A stretch of DNA of 64,000 nt from Methanomicrobia archaeon (GTDB lineage: Archaea; Halobacteriota; Bog-38; Methanoflorentales; Methanoflorentaceae): assembly GCA_015661395.1 (NCBI GenBank), contig JACWML010000002.1:9630-73629 (forward strand), given 5' to 3'. Under the pieces are notes generated by a model. It worked only from the letters and a program-made list of their open reading frames with translations, had not been told where the DNA came from and did not search any database. Of this stretch, positions 50,240-59,537 are shown in pieces (the first letter of the stretch is position 1; each line of letters begins with the position of its first letter). The translations under genes were made by a program, and so were the position numbers.

Positions 50240-51475
50240 TCACGTCATCGCCGGATAAACCGCACCTGAAAGTTCGCTCGTGTCGGGCGTTAGAGCAACC
50301 AAATCGTGCACGTCCAACCTGTGAACGTCATCCTTGCCTACCGCCCTCGAAATATCGGCAAGCTCCAATGTTGAAACGCGAATGAAATTAGCAAGCTTGC
50401 GGGCGCCGCGGTCGATGTTGAATCGCTTGACGAGATCGGGGTCCTGCGTCGTTGTGCCGGTGGGGCATTGGTTGGTCTCACATATGCGGTAGTATTCGCA
50501 GGACATTGCCCAGAGCGCAGCTGTTGCGATGTAAACCGCGTCCGCCCCTAACGCTAAGCACTTTGCAAAATCACCGGACGTGCGCAATCCTCCTGCCGCG
50601 ATCAGCTCCGCGTGTGGCCGGTACCCAACTTCCTCGAGATACTGATGAGCCCGGGGCAAAAAGTTGATGAGGGGGAGCCCGAAGTTGTCTCGGATATGGC
50701 CAGGGGGGGCGCCGCTGCCCCCTCCAAACCCGTCAACGACGATGTAGTCTGGCTCCGCATAAACGATTACGTCGAGGTCTTTCTGGACGTGTCCGCCCGC
50801 AAACTTAATGCCCACTGGCTTGCCCTCTGTTGCGTCTCGGAGCGTCTCTATCTTCTGCTTGAGATCTTCGGCGCTATTAACATCTGGATGCCGCGCGGGG
50901 CTTCGCGCCTCGGTGCCGACAGAAATGCCGCGCGTTTTGGCGATGAGTTCGGTAACTTTACTCGCCGGAACAAGGCTTCCTGTGGCAGGGTACGCAGACT
51001 GACTGATCCGAAACTCGATCATGTCGGCTTGTTTAAGCCGTTCATCCCAGACGCCAAAATGGCCGGTCGAGTATTGCAGCGTGAGGTACTTAGCCGATTC
51101 TCGCTCTTCGTCGAGCATACCGCCCTCGCCGGTATTTGCCGCCGTGCCTGCGAGTGTTGACGCTTTCGCAAGGGCGATCTTCTGTTCTTTATTCAGAGCA
51201 CCAAAACTCATTCCCGAGATCATGATTGGCGTTTCGAGCGAAATCGGCTTCTTTGAGCGTTTGCCTATCGTGGTGGTGGTGTTAACTGGTTCTTCGGAGT
51301 CTAAGGGGAGGAGGTACAGCTGAGCCGGAAGGAAATTGAGCATGTCGAAGCTTGCCCGGATCTGCTTCATCGATCCCATACCTTCCCGAAGTGATTTATT
51401 CAGCGTTGCGGTCTTTTTAACGTCAAGAATTTTCTTGTACTCCAAAGGATGCTCGTAATACGTCATTTCTCGCAT
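50240..51475 (-). CDS. glutamate synthase-related FMN-binding protein (GltB domain 2 homologue)
   Basis: Family segments are ISGMSFGALNKEQKIALAKAS, IVVDGFGGGSGAPP, AAGGLRTSGDFAKCLALGAD and the C-terminal Cys cluster CEYYRICETNQCPTG. Confidence 0.75.
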   Translation of the reverse strand: MREMTYYEHPLEYKKILDVKKTATLNKSLREGMGSMKQIRASFDMLNFLPAQLYLLPLDSEEPVNTTTTIGKRSKKPISLETPIMISGMSFGALNKEQKIALAKASTLAGTAANTGEGGMLDEERESAKYLTLQYSTGHFGVWDERLKQADMIEFRISQSAYPATGSLVPASKVTELIAKTRGISVGTEARSPARHPDVNSAEDLKQKIETLRDATEGKPVGIKFAGGHVQKDLDVIVYAEPDYIVVDGFGGGSGAPPGHIRDNFGLPLINFLPRAHQYLEEVGYRPHAELIAAGGLRTSGDFAKCLALGADAVYIATAALWAMSCEYYRICETNQCPTGTTTQDPDLVKRFNIDRGARKLANFIRVSTLELADISRAVGKDDVHRLDVHDLVALTPDTSELSGAVYPAMT

Positions 51476-51633
51476 GATTACCCCTCGGCTTCTGCGCCGC
51501 TTATCAAAGTGGCCGAGTTATATTTATTGCTTTCTAAACCCTATAATGGAGCGGAATACCCAGGAAACCCGGCAGGAGCTTCACGATTCGAGAAGTTTCC
51601 GCACGTTGTTGACCGACCACGCGGAGGCGGCAC

Positions 51634-52032
51634 ATGGCAGGCAGTACGAGACGAAACAGGTTGGCTGAGAGTAGGCGTCGATTGACGAAGCTGGTGATCA
51701 TCGCAGCTTTGATTCAATATAGACTTCAGATAGGCGACATTGACGTTGGGAAAGTTGTCCAAGACGACATCGAAGAGGCAGCAGATCTCGCTAAACACGG
51801 TTCAGTCCACGTACCAACCGTCGTAATTAACGTCCAGCAATTCGACCGTTTCGAGCGTTACGTTCCTGCTTGGTCGCCTTTGTCTATCGAAACAGGTGTT
51901 TTGGACGTTCTCGCCATGCTCGATAGCGGAGAGATCGTCATCGGTTTGCCATATGACACGGAAAAACGATGTATCGTGATCCCAAGCAGGATAGCAAAAG
52001 AGTTTACGGAGCTGAAAGCGCCAACTGCGTGA
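51634..52032 (+). CDS. hypothetical acidic protein; start uncertain
   Basis: The plus-frame composition looks coding (..DDIEEAADLAKHGSVHVPTVVINVQ..RCIVIPSRIAKEF). The overlapping minus ORFs are R/C/W-rich and implausible. No family could be assigned. Confidence 0.35.
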   Translation: MAGSTRRNRLAESRRRLTKLVIIAALIQYRLQIGDIDVGKVVQDDIEEAADLAKHGSVHVPTVVINVQQFDRFERYVPAWSPLSIETGVLDVLAMLDSGEIVIGLPYDTEKRCIVIPSRIAKEFTELKAPTA

Positions 52033-52154
52033 GCGACGTGCATGAAGCGCACAAATTACAAGCGGGCTGAGCTTTTGGCCAATGGCCCTCCCTCTGTGCG
52101 CTCTCAAGTGAAGATGAACCACCACAAAGCACAACGGTCGTTACAGGAAGATTT

Positions 52155-52643
52155 ATGTCTTCCGCGCTCTTCGTAGCAAGCGTGCGGAAGGCTATCGTGC
52201 TAACGCTATGCATCTTATCGTGCTGCTGCCTCGTCAGCGGTTGCACGGGCAGTGCGCCGAATCAGACTGCAAGTAGCCAGGGATCAAACCGTCTCCAAGC
52301 ATCGCAAATCTCCGTGAGTTCGGCTCTGACGGCGCTCGACGAGCCGGTGTCTATTCAAGCGACCTTGAAGGATGGGAACGGGCGGCTCTTGGATGGCAAG
52401 ACAGTCGAATGGTTCATTGATGGCGCGTCAGTTGGAAAAAGCCAAGTTAAGAATGGGGCCACGATGATGAACCTAACGAGTGAGTACGTCGACAACTTAG
52501 GCATCCAAGCACATCAGGTGCGGGTGAGTTTCTACGGAGACCAAAGTTACGAGAGCAGCACCGCCACTTCGTTTTTGCAGATTACCGCGACCGGGGCGCC
52601 AGAGGGAACAACTTTGACCAATTCAGCCTCGAGTGCCGTTTGA
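52155..52643 (+). CDS. secreted lipoprotein with Ig-like domain
   Basis: The lipobox is LVSGC. The domain ATLKDGNGRLLDGKTVEWFIDGASVG...HQVRVSFYGDQSYESSTATSFLQI is paralogous to part of ORF 56732-57496. Confidence 0.6.
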   Translation: MSSALFVASVRKAIVLTLCILSCCCLVSGCTGSAPNQTASSQGSNRLQASQISVSSALTALDEPVSIQATLKDGNGRLLDGKTVEWFIDGASVGKSQVKNGATMMNLTSEYVDNLGIQAHQVRVSFYGDQSYESSTATSFLQITATGAPEGTTLTNSASSAV

Positions 52644-53173
52644 GCGTTCTTGCCAAGCCTCGAGTGCGAGCTAGCTCCGATTTGCGTCGCGTGCTGCAGC
52701 TCCGTTTCTAGTGCAACAAAATTGAGGCGCCGAACACGTACGCAAGCTCGACGTATTACGACGGGAGTAGATCCGCGCGTCGTTGACCGTCAGTCGATCT
52801 TCGTTTCGTTTACGTATCGAGAAAAGTTCGGGTTTCTGAGATCAATGAGATCTAGAAAAGTCTCAAAATCTTCCTCAAATTCAAGCCCAAAGAGCTCGGT
52901 CTCAAAGGTCGATGCTTGACAATTCATTTCTCGTAATAGGATTGTAGCTCCTATTTAAACCTTTTCTTTTGCTTAGAAGACAAAAAAACGGCGCTGTAGT
53001 GTCCATACCGGCAGATCCAGCACACAGAACACCCAAGCGCCAACGCCGCACTCCACTGGAAACATTGCTATGCGCGCGGACTGGCTAAACGCGTTGCAGT
53101 AGCGGCTCATAGTGCATCCCAGGCAGTTGGACGGCAGCGAAGGTTATATACAAAGTACGCAGGTTCATGGTTA

Positions 53174-53464
53174 ATGAACCCAGAAATAGACCTTAGTCAG
53201 CTCGTCGACGAGTTTTTGCGATTTGAAAAGTACGTGGAAGAATCCAAACTCTACGAACGCGTGGTCGCCGCACCGTCGTTGTCAGACGATCAGCTATTTC
53301 TTGAGCGGGACTGGCAACGGTTCGTGGCGTACAAGTATAATCAGGTGGGCATGCGTGATGGTCTCCAAGATGCGATACGGAACGGTTACGTTTTGCTGCT
53401 CGAGAAGCTCACCGAGCTGGCCCAGCAGGCCGGTTCGCAGCACAGTGGGCTCGACGAAGAGTAA
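53174..53464 (+). CDS. hypothetical protein (96 aa, predicted helical)
   Basis: It has an ATG start and coding-like composition. No motif was recognised. Confidence 0.4.
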   Translation: MNPEIDLSQLVDEFLRFEKYVEESKLYERVVAAPSLSDDQLFLERDWQRFVAYKYNQVGMRDGLQDAIRNGYVLLLEKLTELAQQAGSQHSGLDEE

Positions 53465-53648
53465 CAACGACGTGCTAAGGTCAGTGTTTCGCGTCTTGTA
53501 GCGAGGGTAACGTCGCCTTTTTCGCGTGCGAATGCTTCGTAGCTCGCGCTATCCTTGATTTTCCCTCGGTTGTTTACGCTCAAATTGGCTCAAACCTAAA
53601 TACGTGGCGGTGCTAGATTGCCAATAACTTACCACCGAGGCAAACAGA

Positions 53649-54011
53649 ATGAAGGTAGAGAAACTTAGGTACCTCTTTGAAGCGGTCCTTTCGAAAATGA
53701 AGAAGGAGCTGCAAAGTTACGCGTGGCTCTTTTGCGCTGAACGCGGTTATTGCATTAACGATTCACTCCTGTTCGTGGACGACGCAGGACTTTTGCCGGC
53801 AATTCGCGTCGCTTTAACCCCAGCGTTACGGTACGAACTGCCGCAGCTTGCGCACCTTACCGCCGAACTCGAGAATGACCTTACCAACATCGTCTTCGAC
53901 TACGCCTATAATACGAGGCACAAGATAGGCGCTGAAGATCTGAAGACGATCGAGCATATTCCGTATGTCAGCGAGCACGTTTGGCGGCTGATGACCGCAC
54001 CACAAAACTAG
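53649..54011 (+). CDS. hypothetical protein (120 aa)
   Basis: The ATG is preceded by GAGG 10 nt upstream. No motif was recognised. Confidence 0.45.
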   Translation: MKVEKLRYLFEAVLSKMKKELQSYAWLFCAERGYCINDSLLFVDDAGLLPAIRVALTPALRYELPQLAHLTAELENDLTNIVFDYAYNTRHKIGAEDLKTIEHIPYVSEHVWRLMTAPQN

Positions 54012-54070
54012 TCTGGCCTCTATTCGACGCACGTGTCTGGGCCGCCCAATTCATTCTGAAACGACAGAGC

Positions 54071-54076
54071 TTTTTT
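54071..54076 (+). terminator. oligo-T (T6) 60 nt downstream of ORF 53649-54011
   Basis: Read directly from the sequence (gagcttttttcagc). Confidence 0.35.
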
Positions 54077-54110
54077 CAGCGCTCACGTCCTCCGGCGCTA
54101 ATAGAAATCC

Positions 54111-54128
54111 TTTTATACAGTTTAATAT
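54111..54128 (+). promoter_or_regulatory. amt-glnK promoter: tandem TATA-like boxes TTTTATAC / TTTAATAT preceded by purine-rich AGAAA
   Basis: Read directly from the sequence. It lies about 80-95 nt upstream of the amt ATG at 54207. Confidence 0.5.
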
Positions 54129-54139
54129 CATTGCGTGAC

Positions 54140-54159
54140 GGAAGTAGGTTTCCTACTTC
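54140..54159 (+). promoter_or_regulatory. GGAA-N6-TTCC operator (NrpR-type) overlapping an 8-3-8 inverted repeat gaagtagg-ttt-cctacttc
   Basis: GGAAGTAGGTTTCC spans 54140-54153, about 25 nt downstream of the TATA at the expected TSS position. This matches the nitrogen-operator consensus of methanogen NrpR regulons. Confidence 0.5.
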
Positions 54160-54206
54160 TTACTTTCCGCACACGTGAGATTGTGTATTTGAACACGGAG
54201 GAACAC

Positions 54207-55427
54207 ATGGTTATTGCCGTTCTCAATTCGGGAGATACCGCGTGGATGCTTATGTCTACGGCTCTCGTAATGTTGATGACGATTCCTGGATTGGCCTTGT
54301 TCTATGCCGGGCTCGTAAAAAAAGAGACCGTCTTGAATACCCTCTTCCTGTCTTTTTCGGCGTACGCTATGGTGAGCATCATCTGGTTCGTTTATGGATA
54401 CCCCCTGGTGTTTGGCCCTGACGTGCACGGGTTTATCGGCGCTCCAGGAGACTTCTTCTTCCATAATGTGGTGGAATCGAATACGTTGGTTGGGTCGATA
54501 CCAACGAGCGTTTACGCGGCTTTCGAAATGACGTTCGCGGCGATCACCGTAGCACTTATCTCTGGCGCGATCATCGGACGGATGAAGTTTAGCGCGTGGA
54601 TGCTGTTTGTTCCGCTGTGGGCCACCTTTGTCTACCTTCCTGTCGCTCACTGGGTATGGGGCGGTGGGTGGCTCGCACAACTCGGCGCCCTTGATTTCGC
54701 TGGTGGCACCGTCGTTCACATCAACAGCGGCGTTGCGGCGCTAGCCCTCTGCTTGGTGCTCAGAGGCCGAAAAGACCGGAGTATGCTGCCACACCAGCTC
54801 GGATATGCCATCATGGGTGCCGGTCTGCTTTGGTTTGGGTGGTTTGGTTTCAACGCTGGATCCGCGCTCTCTGCCGGGCCGCTCGCCGGCTCAGCGTTCA
54901 TCGTTACGAACACCTCCGCGGCTGCCGCCATGCTCTCGTGGATGCTGATCGAATACCTTCGATTCGGCAAAGCGACCATGTTAGGCGCAGCCTCAGGCAT
55001 TGTCGCGGGCTTGGTCGCGATCACCCCGGCGGCGGGATTCGTCAACATCCCCGCTGCTATTGTGATTGGCTTTGTCACCTCCATTGTGTCTTACACGGCG
55101 ATTTCCTTCATCAAGCCGCGGCTCGGCTACGACGATGCGCTCGATGTGTTTGGCATTCACGGGCTCTCAGGCATTTGGGGCGCACTCGCCGTCGGGATCT
55201 TCGCGAGTCCATTTATTAACGCGGCGGGAACTGGCCTTGCGTACGGCAATCCTGGACAGCTGGAGATACAGGCCGTGGCGGTGGCCGCAACGTTTGCGTA
55301 CTCCTTCGTGGTCACGTTGATCATCGCTAAAGCGATCGACCTTACCATCGGGCTGCGCGTGAGTGAGGAGCAAGAGGCCCAGGGCTTAGATCAGGCACTG
55401 CACGACGAGGCTGCGTATCACATATAA
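54207..55427 (+). CDS. amt: ammonium transporter (Amt family)
   Basis: Family segments are [47 protein letters not shown] and [12 protein letters not shown]. The ATG at 54207 lies 5 nt after GGAGG. The ORF track start is 54135. Confidence 0.9.
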   Translation: MVIAVLNSGDTAWMLMSTALVMLMTIPGLALFYAGLVKKETVLNTLFLSFSAYAMVSIIWFVYGYPLVFGPDVHGFIGAPGDFFFHNVVESNTLVGSIPTSVYAAFEMTFAAITVALISGAIIGRMKFSAWMLFVPLWATFVYLPVAHWVWGGGWLAQLGALDFAGGTVVHINSGVAALALCLVLRGRKDRSMLPHQLGYAIMGAGLLWFGWFGFNAGSALSAGPLAGSAFIVTNTSAAAAMLSWMLIEYLRFGKATMLGAASGIVAGLVAITPAAGFVNIPAAIVIGFVTSIVSYTAISFIKPRLGYDDALDVFGIHGLSGIWGALAVGIFASPFINAAGTGLAYGNPGQLEIQAVAVAATFAYSFVVTLIIAKAIDLTIGLRVSEEQEAQGLDQALHDEAAYHI

Positions 55428-55469
55428 CCCTCAGGCGCGTATGCGTTAGCAAGGATTTGACAGAGGTGA

Positions 55470-55811
<342 letters not shown>

Positions 55812-55822
55812 GCGGCACGGCT

Positions 55823-55855
55823 GGTGATGGCGTGCCCATCACCTCTCATTTTTTT
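55823..55855 (+). terminator. hairpin (8-bp perfect stem ggtgatgg/ccatcacc, 5-nt loop) followed by T7, downstream of glnK
   Basis: Read directly from the sequence. The stem is 55823-55830/55836-55843 and the T7 run is 55849-55855. Confidence 0.6.
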
Positions 55856-55905
55856 AATCGGGTGCGTTTTCTCCGTTCCAACGGCGCGCTGCGCCACGCT
55901 GCTTG

Positions 55906-56358
55906 TTACATCGCTCGAGTTTCGGTGCCTAAGCTGAAAGAGCGATCAACAACGTCAACTGGTTCGAGGACCCAGACCCCCTTAAGGTCGACGGTACGTG
56001 CCCGTAATTCATCGAGGAACTTCTCATATAGTGGACCAGTAGTTTGAAACTCTATAACGGAGCAGATGACTTGATAAGCGATTTCACGCTCTCCGCTTGT
56101 TGAGACGCACAAGATAGATACCAAGCTGTTGGTCTCCATATGGCGCATGAGCTCCTGGTCGATTTGTGCCCCTCCCGGCTGGGCGAGCAAAATGATGTTT
56201 GCCTCAGGCGCCTTCACTCCTCGAATACTTACGAGGCTGATTGTGCCGTCAAGGGCAGTCGTTGCGAGCGTCGTAGTCGCGCTGCGATCGTTGAGCAACC
56301 GTATTGCTTCATCGGGAAGATTCATGTCGAAAACAGCCTTACACATCACCGAGCGCAC
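55906..56358 (-). CDS. pyridoxamine 5'-phosphate oxidase-like FMN-binding split-barrel protein (tentative)
   Basis: The 150-aa protein has a pattern of alternating beta-strand segments (TTLATTALDGTISLVSIRG..). The assignment is weak. Confidence 0.4.
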   Translation of the reverse strand: MRSVMCKAVFDMNLPDEAIRLLNDRSATTTLATTALDGTISLVSIRGVKAPEANIILLAQPGGAQIDQELMRHMETNSLVSILCVSTSGEREIAYQVICSVIEFQTTGPLYEKFLDELRARTVDLKGVWVLEPVDVVDRSFSLGTETRAM

Positions 56359-56362
56359 TGCG

Positions 56363-56596
56363 CTAGTCTTTGTCTAGTTCAGAGACGTATAACACATTGT
56401 TGCCGCGCAGAATAAGCTTACCGAACGCCACTCGCCGGTGATTTCTGCACAACTCGGCTTCGTCAAGAGAGATGTTCCAGTGCGGGTCGTACCCCAAAAA
56501 CGTTCCTGTAAAAACCTGCGCGCCCTTCAACCGTACGGTGACATTCTTGCCGATGTTGCGAGACAACACCTCAAAAGGTCTTTTGGTCTGCGTCAT
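56363..56596 (-). CDS. Sm-like archaeal protein (SmAP/LSm)
   Basis: Sm1 reads VTVRLKGAQVFTGTFLGYDPHWNISLDEAE. Sm2 reads LILRGNNVLYVS. Confidence 0.8.
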   Translation of the reverse strand: MTQTKRPFEVLSRNIGKNVTVRLKGAQVFTGTFLGYDPHWNISLDEAELCRNHRRVAFGKLILRGNNVLYVSELDKD

Positions 56597-56731
56597 ACTC
56601 TGTCAGCACCGCTCAGTAGCCCACGGATTGAGCGGATCACTCGCGTTAAGACTCTTCGTCCACCTACATAAAACATGGTGCTCCCAAGGTCTGCATAATC
56701 TTTATCTCCTGAAATAGGAGAGTGATAGAAG

Positions 56732-57496
56732 ATGCTGAAGCTTTTTGTTGTCTTAGCTTCGATTTTGCTTATCGCGGTCTCCGTAGGCTGTCTGCAACAA
56801 ACGAACACGAACGCGCCGTTATCGACCTCCGTAGCGACGACAACGCTAACGATCAGCGCACCAAGCGTCAACCAGAGCGAATATGCAACGTTTGCGTGTC
56901 AGCTCAACGTGACGCGCGGCCAAGGCTTGAACAACAAAGAGATCCACTGGTCTATCGACAATGTAGACAAAGGGACGACGAGCACCATATGGGGGTACGC
57001 GTCGTTGAACTTGACCATATCCGAGACTCAAGGCTTAGCGATCGGCAAGCACGTTCTCACGGCTTCTTTTGACGGTGATTCCGACTACACGCCGTCGCAC
57101 GCGACGACGACGTTTCAGGTGCAGGTCGCCCCGACGCCTAGCGCGTCCCCTCGGGCTGCGACGCAAAACGCATCAGTGACGCTGAGCGTGCCTTCAACGG
57201 TGCAACCGGGGGATGCCACTCTTACCGGCACGTTTTCAGGAATGACGAGCGGCGCGTCTCTCTACGTACTGGTGAAGCCCACCGGGAACGACACGTGGAT
57301 TGTGCAAAACTTCCCGCTGACTTATGTCAACGGCACGTACGCCGACCACGTGTATTTCGATACACACGGGAACAATAACAGTCAGCAGTTTGACCTGCTG
57401 GCCGTCATCACCTCGAACACTCTTAACACCGGAGATAGCATCAAGAATCTGCCAAAAACGCTCGCGCAAGACCACGTGACTACTACGGTGCAGTGA
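56732..57496 (+). CDS. secreted lipoprotein with Ig-like domains
   Basis: The lipobox is VSVGC. The ATG is preceded by AGGAGAGTGA. The first domain (..NNKEIHWSIDNVDKG...GKHVLTASFDGDSDYTPSHATTTFQVQV) is paralogous to ORF 52155-52643. Confidence 0.6.
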   Translation: MLKLFVVLASILLIAVSVGCLQQTNTNAPLSTSVATTTLTISAPSVNQSEYATFACQLNVTRGQGLNNKEIHWSIDNVDKGTTSTIWGYASLNLTISETQGLAIGKHVLTASFDGDSDYTPSHATTTFQVQVAPTPSASPRAATQNASVTLSVPSTVQPGDATLTGTFSGMTSGASLYVLVKPTGNDTWIVQNFPLTYVNGTYADHVYFDTHGNNNSQQFDLLAVITSNTLNTGDSIKNLPKTLAQDHVTTTVQ

Positions 57497-57612
57497 AGCT
57501 CCGCCTGGCGACGTATTTTTCCGCAGATGCTACCGTCGACTGTATTCTGCATCCATTGCGGCCCAACGCGCGTGCCGACTAGCTTTCAACGCGTGTGTTA
57601 CTAACATCACAA

Positions 57613-57622
57613 ATTATAAATA
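57613..57622 (+). promoter_or_regulatory. TATA box candidate (ATTATAAATA) for the acyl-CoA synthetase gene
   Basis: Read directly from the sequence. It lies about 100 nt upstream of the TTG at 57718. Confidence 0.45.
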
Positions 57623-57643
57623 AAAACAGCGCGAGCATAAGCC

Positions 57644-57658
57644 ATCATTAATAATGAT
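57644..57658 (+). promoter_or_regulatory. perfect 7-1-7 palindrome ATCATTA-A-TAATGAT at the expected TSS position
   Basis: Read directly from the sequence. It lies about 27 nt downstream of the TATA centre. A second 6-1-6 palindrome agcctt-t-aaggct is at 57671-57683. Confidence 0.35.
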
Positions 57659-57717
57659 ATTTAGACGCTTAGCCTTTAAGGCTGGACCAAGGTGGCCTTC
57701 AAAAGGGGTGTAGGACA

Positions 57718-59484
57718 TTGGCAAACCGTTACGAATGGACTGTAAAGACCGTGAATGACCGAGAGATCATCGAAAAGCAGTGGCCAGGCAACATGCCGAA
57801 CTATGAACAAGCCTGCGCCGAATTTCGCTTTGAAGACGTCGAAAAAGAGTTTACGTGGTACGATACAGGCCGCGTGAACCTCGCGCACGAGGCGATCGAC
57901 CGGCACGCCGAGGGATGGCGGAAGAACAAGGTAGCTCTCTACTCCGATGGTCCTGACGGCGCGCGCAAGTACACGTTCCTCGATTTAAAGCTGCTATCGA
58001 ACCAGTTCGCCAACGTGTTGAAGAGTCTGGGCATCGCCCGGGGAGACCGTGTCTTCACGTACATGGGGCGTTACCCTGAGCTCTACATCGCGGCCATTGG
58101 CACGGTCAAGAACGGTTCCGTCTGGGGGCCACTGTTTGGAGGATTCCGGGCTGAGGCCGTCATGGACCGGCTGGAAGACAGCGGCGCAAAGGCCCTGGTT
58201 ACAACCCCCGATCTCAAGTCGTCGAGTGTCGACGAGATCGTCGATAACCTTCCTGAGCTCGAATACGTGATCGTCGCAAAGTCGGAAGGTGCAGAACTGA
58301 CCGGCGACCGCACGATCAGCTTCGAAGAGGAGATGAAGGACGCCTCAACGACGCATCAAACGGAGTGGATGAACCGGGAAGACCCCGTGATGATGCACTA
58401 CACCTCAGGAACGACCGGCAAAGCCAAAGGGGTTGTACACGCCCATAATGCGATGATAGGACACTACATCACGACGCGGTACGTGCAGGACGTCACCGAG
58501 TCTGATATCTACTGGTGCACGGCGGATCCAGGATGGGTGACCGGCACGTCGTACGCGTGTTGGGGTCCGTGGCTGAACGGCACGTCGCAGGTCTCGTACA
58601 GCGGCCGGTTTGACTCTGCCACGTGGTACGGCATTATCGACAACTATCAGATCACCATCTGGTACACCGCACCGACGGCGCTCAGGCTCCTCATGAAAGA
58701 CGGGCTTGACGTCGCAAGCAAGTTCGATTTCGGCAGCCTGCGGTACATCACGAGCGTCGGTGAGCCGCTCAACCCCGAAGTAATACGCTGGGGGCTCAAG
58801 GCGTTCAGGCTGCCCATCCACGACACCTGGTGGATGACTGAAACGGGTCAGATACTCATCGCAAACTATCCGTGTATGTCCATTCGGGAGGGCTCAATGG
58901 GACGTCCGTTTCCGAGCATCACGGCGTCGATCGTCGATGATGCGGGCAATGAGCTCCCTCCGAATAAGCCGGGGAATCTTGTCATCAAGCCGCCGTGGCC
59001 CGCACTCTTGCGCAGCATCTGGAGAAACGAGGAGAAGTACAAGAGCTACTTTGAGATTCCAGGCTGGTTTAAAACGGGCGACAGCGCGTTTCGCGACGAG
59101 GATAACTACTTCTGGTTCATGGGTCGCGTCGACGACGTCATAAAGACCTCGGGAGAACGCGTGGGCCCGTTTGAAGTGGAGAGCGCCCTTGTTGAGCACC
59201 CGGCCGTCGCTGAAGCGGGCGTTATCGGAAAGCCCGACGCGCTGCGCGGCGAGATCATCAAGGCGTTCGTGAGCCTCCGGGCAGGACAGATGCCGTCTGA
59301 AGACCTCAAGCAAGACATCTCGCAGTTTGTTAAAAAGCACTTGGCAGCTCACGCGTTTCCGCGCGAGATTGAGTTTATGGAAAAGCTCCCGAAGACCCGA
59401 AGCGGCAAGATAATGCGCCGGGTGCTGAAGGCACAAGAGCTCGGACTGCCTATGGGAGACCTCGCCTCACTCGATGAGGACTGA
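57718..59484 (+). CDS. acs: AMP-forming acetyl-/acyl-CoA synthetase
   Basis: Family segments are MHYTSGTTGKAKGV, YWCTADPGWVTG, GEPLNPE, TWWMTETG, FKTGD and PKTRSGKIMRR. The TTG start lies 7 nt after AGGGGTG. Confidence 0.88.
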   Translation: MANRYEWTVKTVNDREIIEKQWPGNMPNYEQACAEFRFEDVEKEFTWYDTGRVNLAHEAIDRHAEGWRKNKVALYSDGPDGARKYTFLDLKLLSNQFANVLKSLGIARGDRVFTYMGRYPELYIAAIGTVKNGSVWGPLFGGFRAEAVMDRLEDSGAKALVTTPDLKSSSVDEIVDNLPELEYVIVAKSEGAELTGDRTISFEEEMKDASTTHQTEWMNREDPVMMHYTSGTTGKAKGVVHAHNAMIGHYITTRYVQDVTESDIYWCTADPGWVTGTSYACWGPWLNGTSQVSYSGRFDSATWYGIIDNYQITIWYTAPTALRLLMKDGLDVASKFDFGSLRYITSVGEPLNPEVIRWGLKAFRLPIHDTWWMTETGQILIANYPCMSIREGSMGRPFPSITASIVDDAGNELPPNKPGNLVIKPPWPALLRSIWRNEEKYKSYFEIPGWFKTGDSAFRDEDNYFWFMGRVDDVIKTSGERVGPFEVESALVEHPAVAEAGVIGKPDALRGEIIKAFVSLRAGQMPSEDLKQDISQFVKKHLAAHAFPREIEFMEKLPKTRSGKIMRRVLKAQELGLPMGDLASLDED

Positions 59485-59496
59485 GCGTCTGCTCCC

Positions 59497-59502
59497 TTTT
59501 TT
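59497..59502 (+). terminator. oligo-T (T6, then cttgttct) 13 nt after the acs stop
   Basis: Read directly from the sequence (gctcccttttttcttgttct). Confidence 0.5.
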
Positions 59503-59537
59503 CTTGTTCTCACATCCTTAAGTATTAGCCGGGTCTT

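Noticed and set aside
52790-52927. 45-aa acidic minus-strand ORF (MNCQASTFETELFGLEFEEDFETFLDLIDLRNPNFSRYVNETKID)
   Set aside because: It is short, has no motif and no clear RBS. It may be real but cannot be supported from sequence alone.
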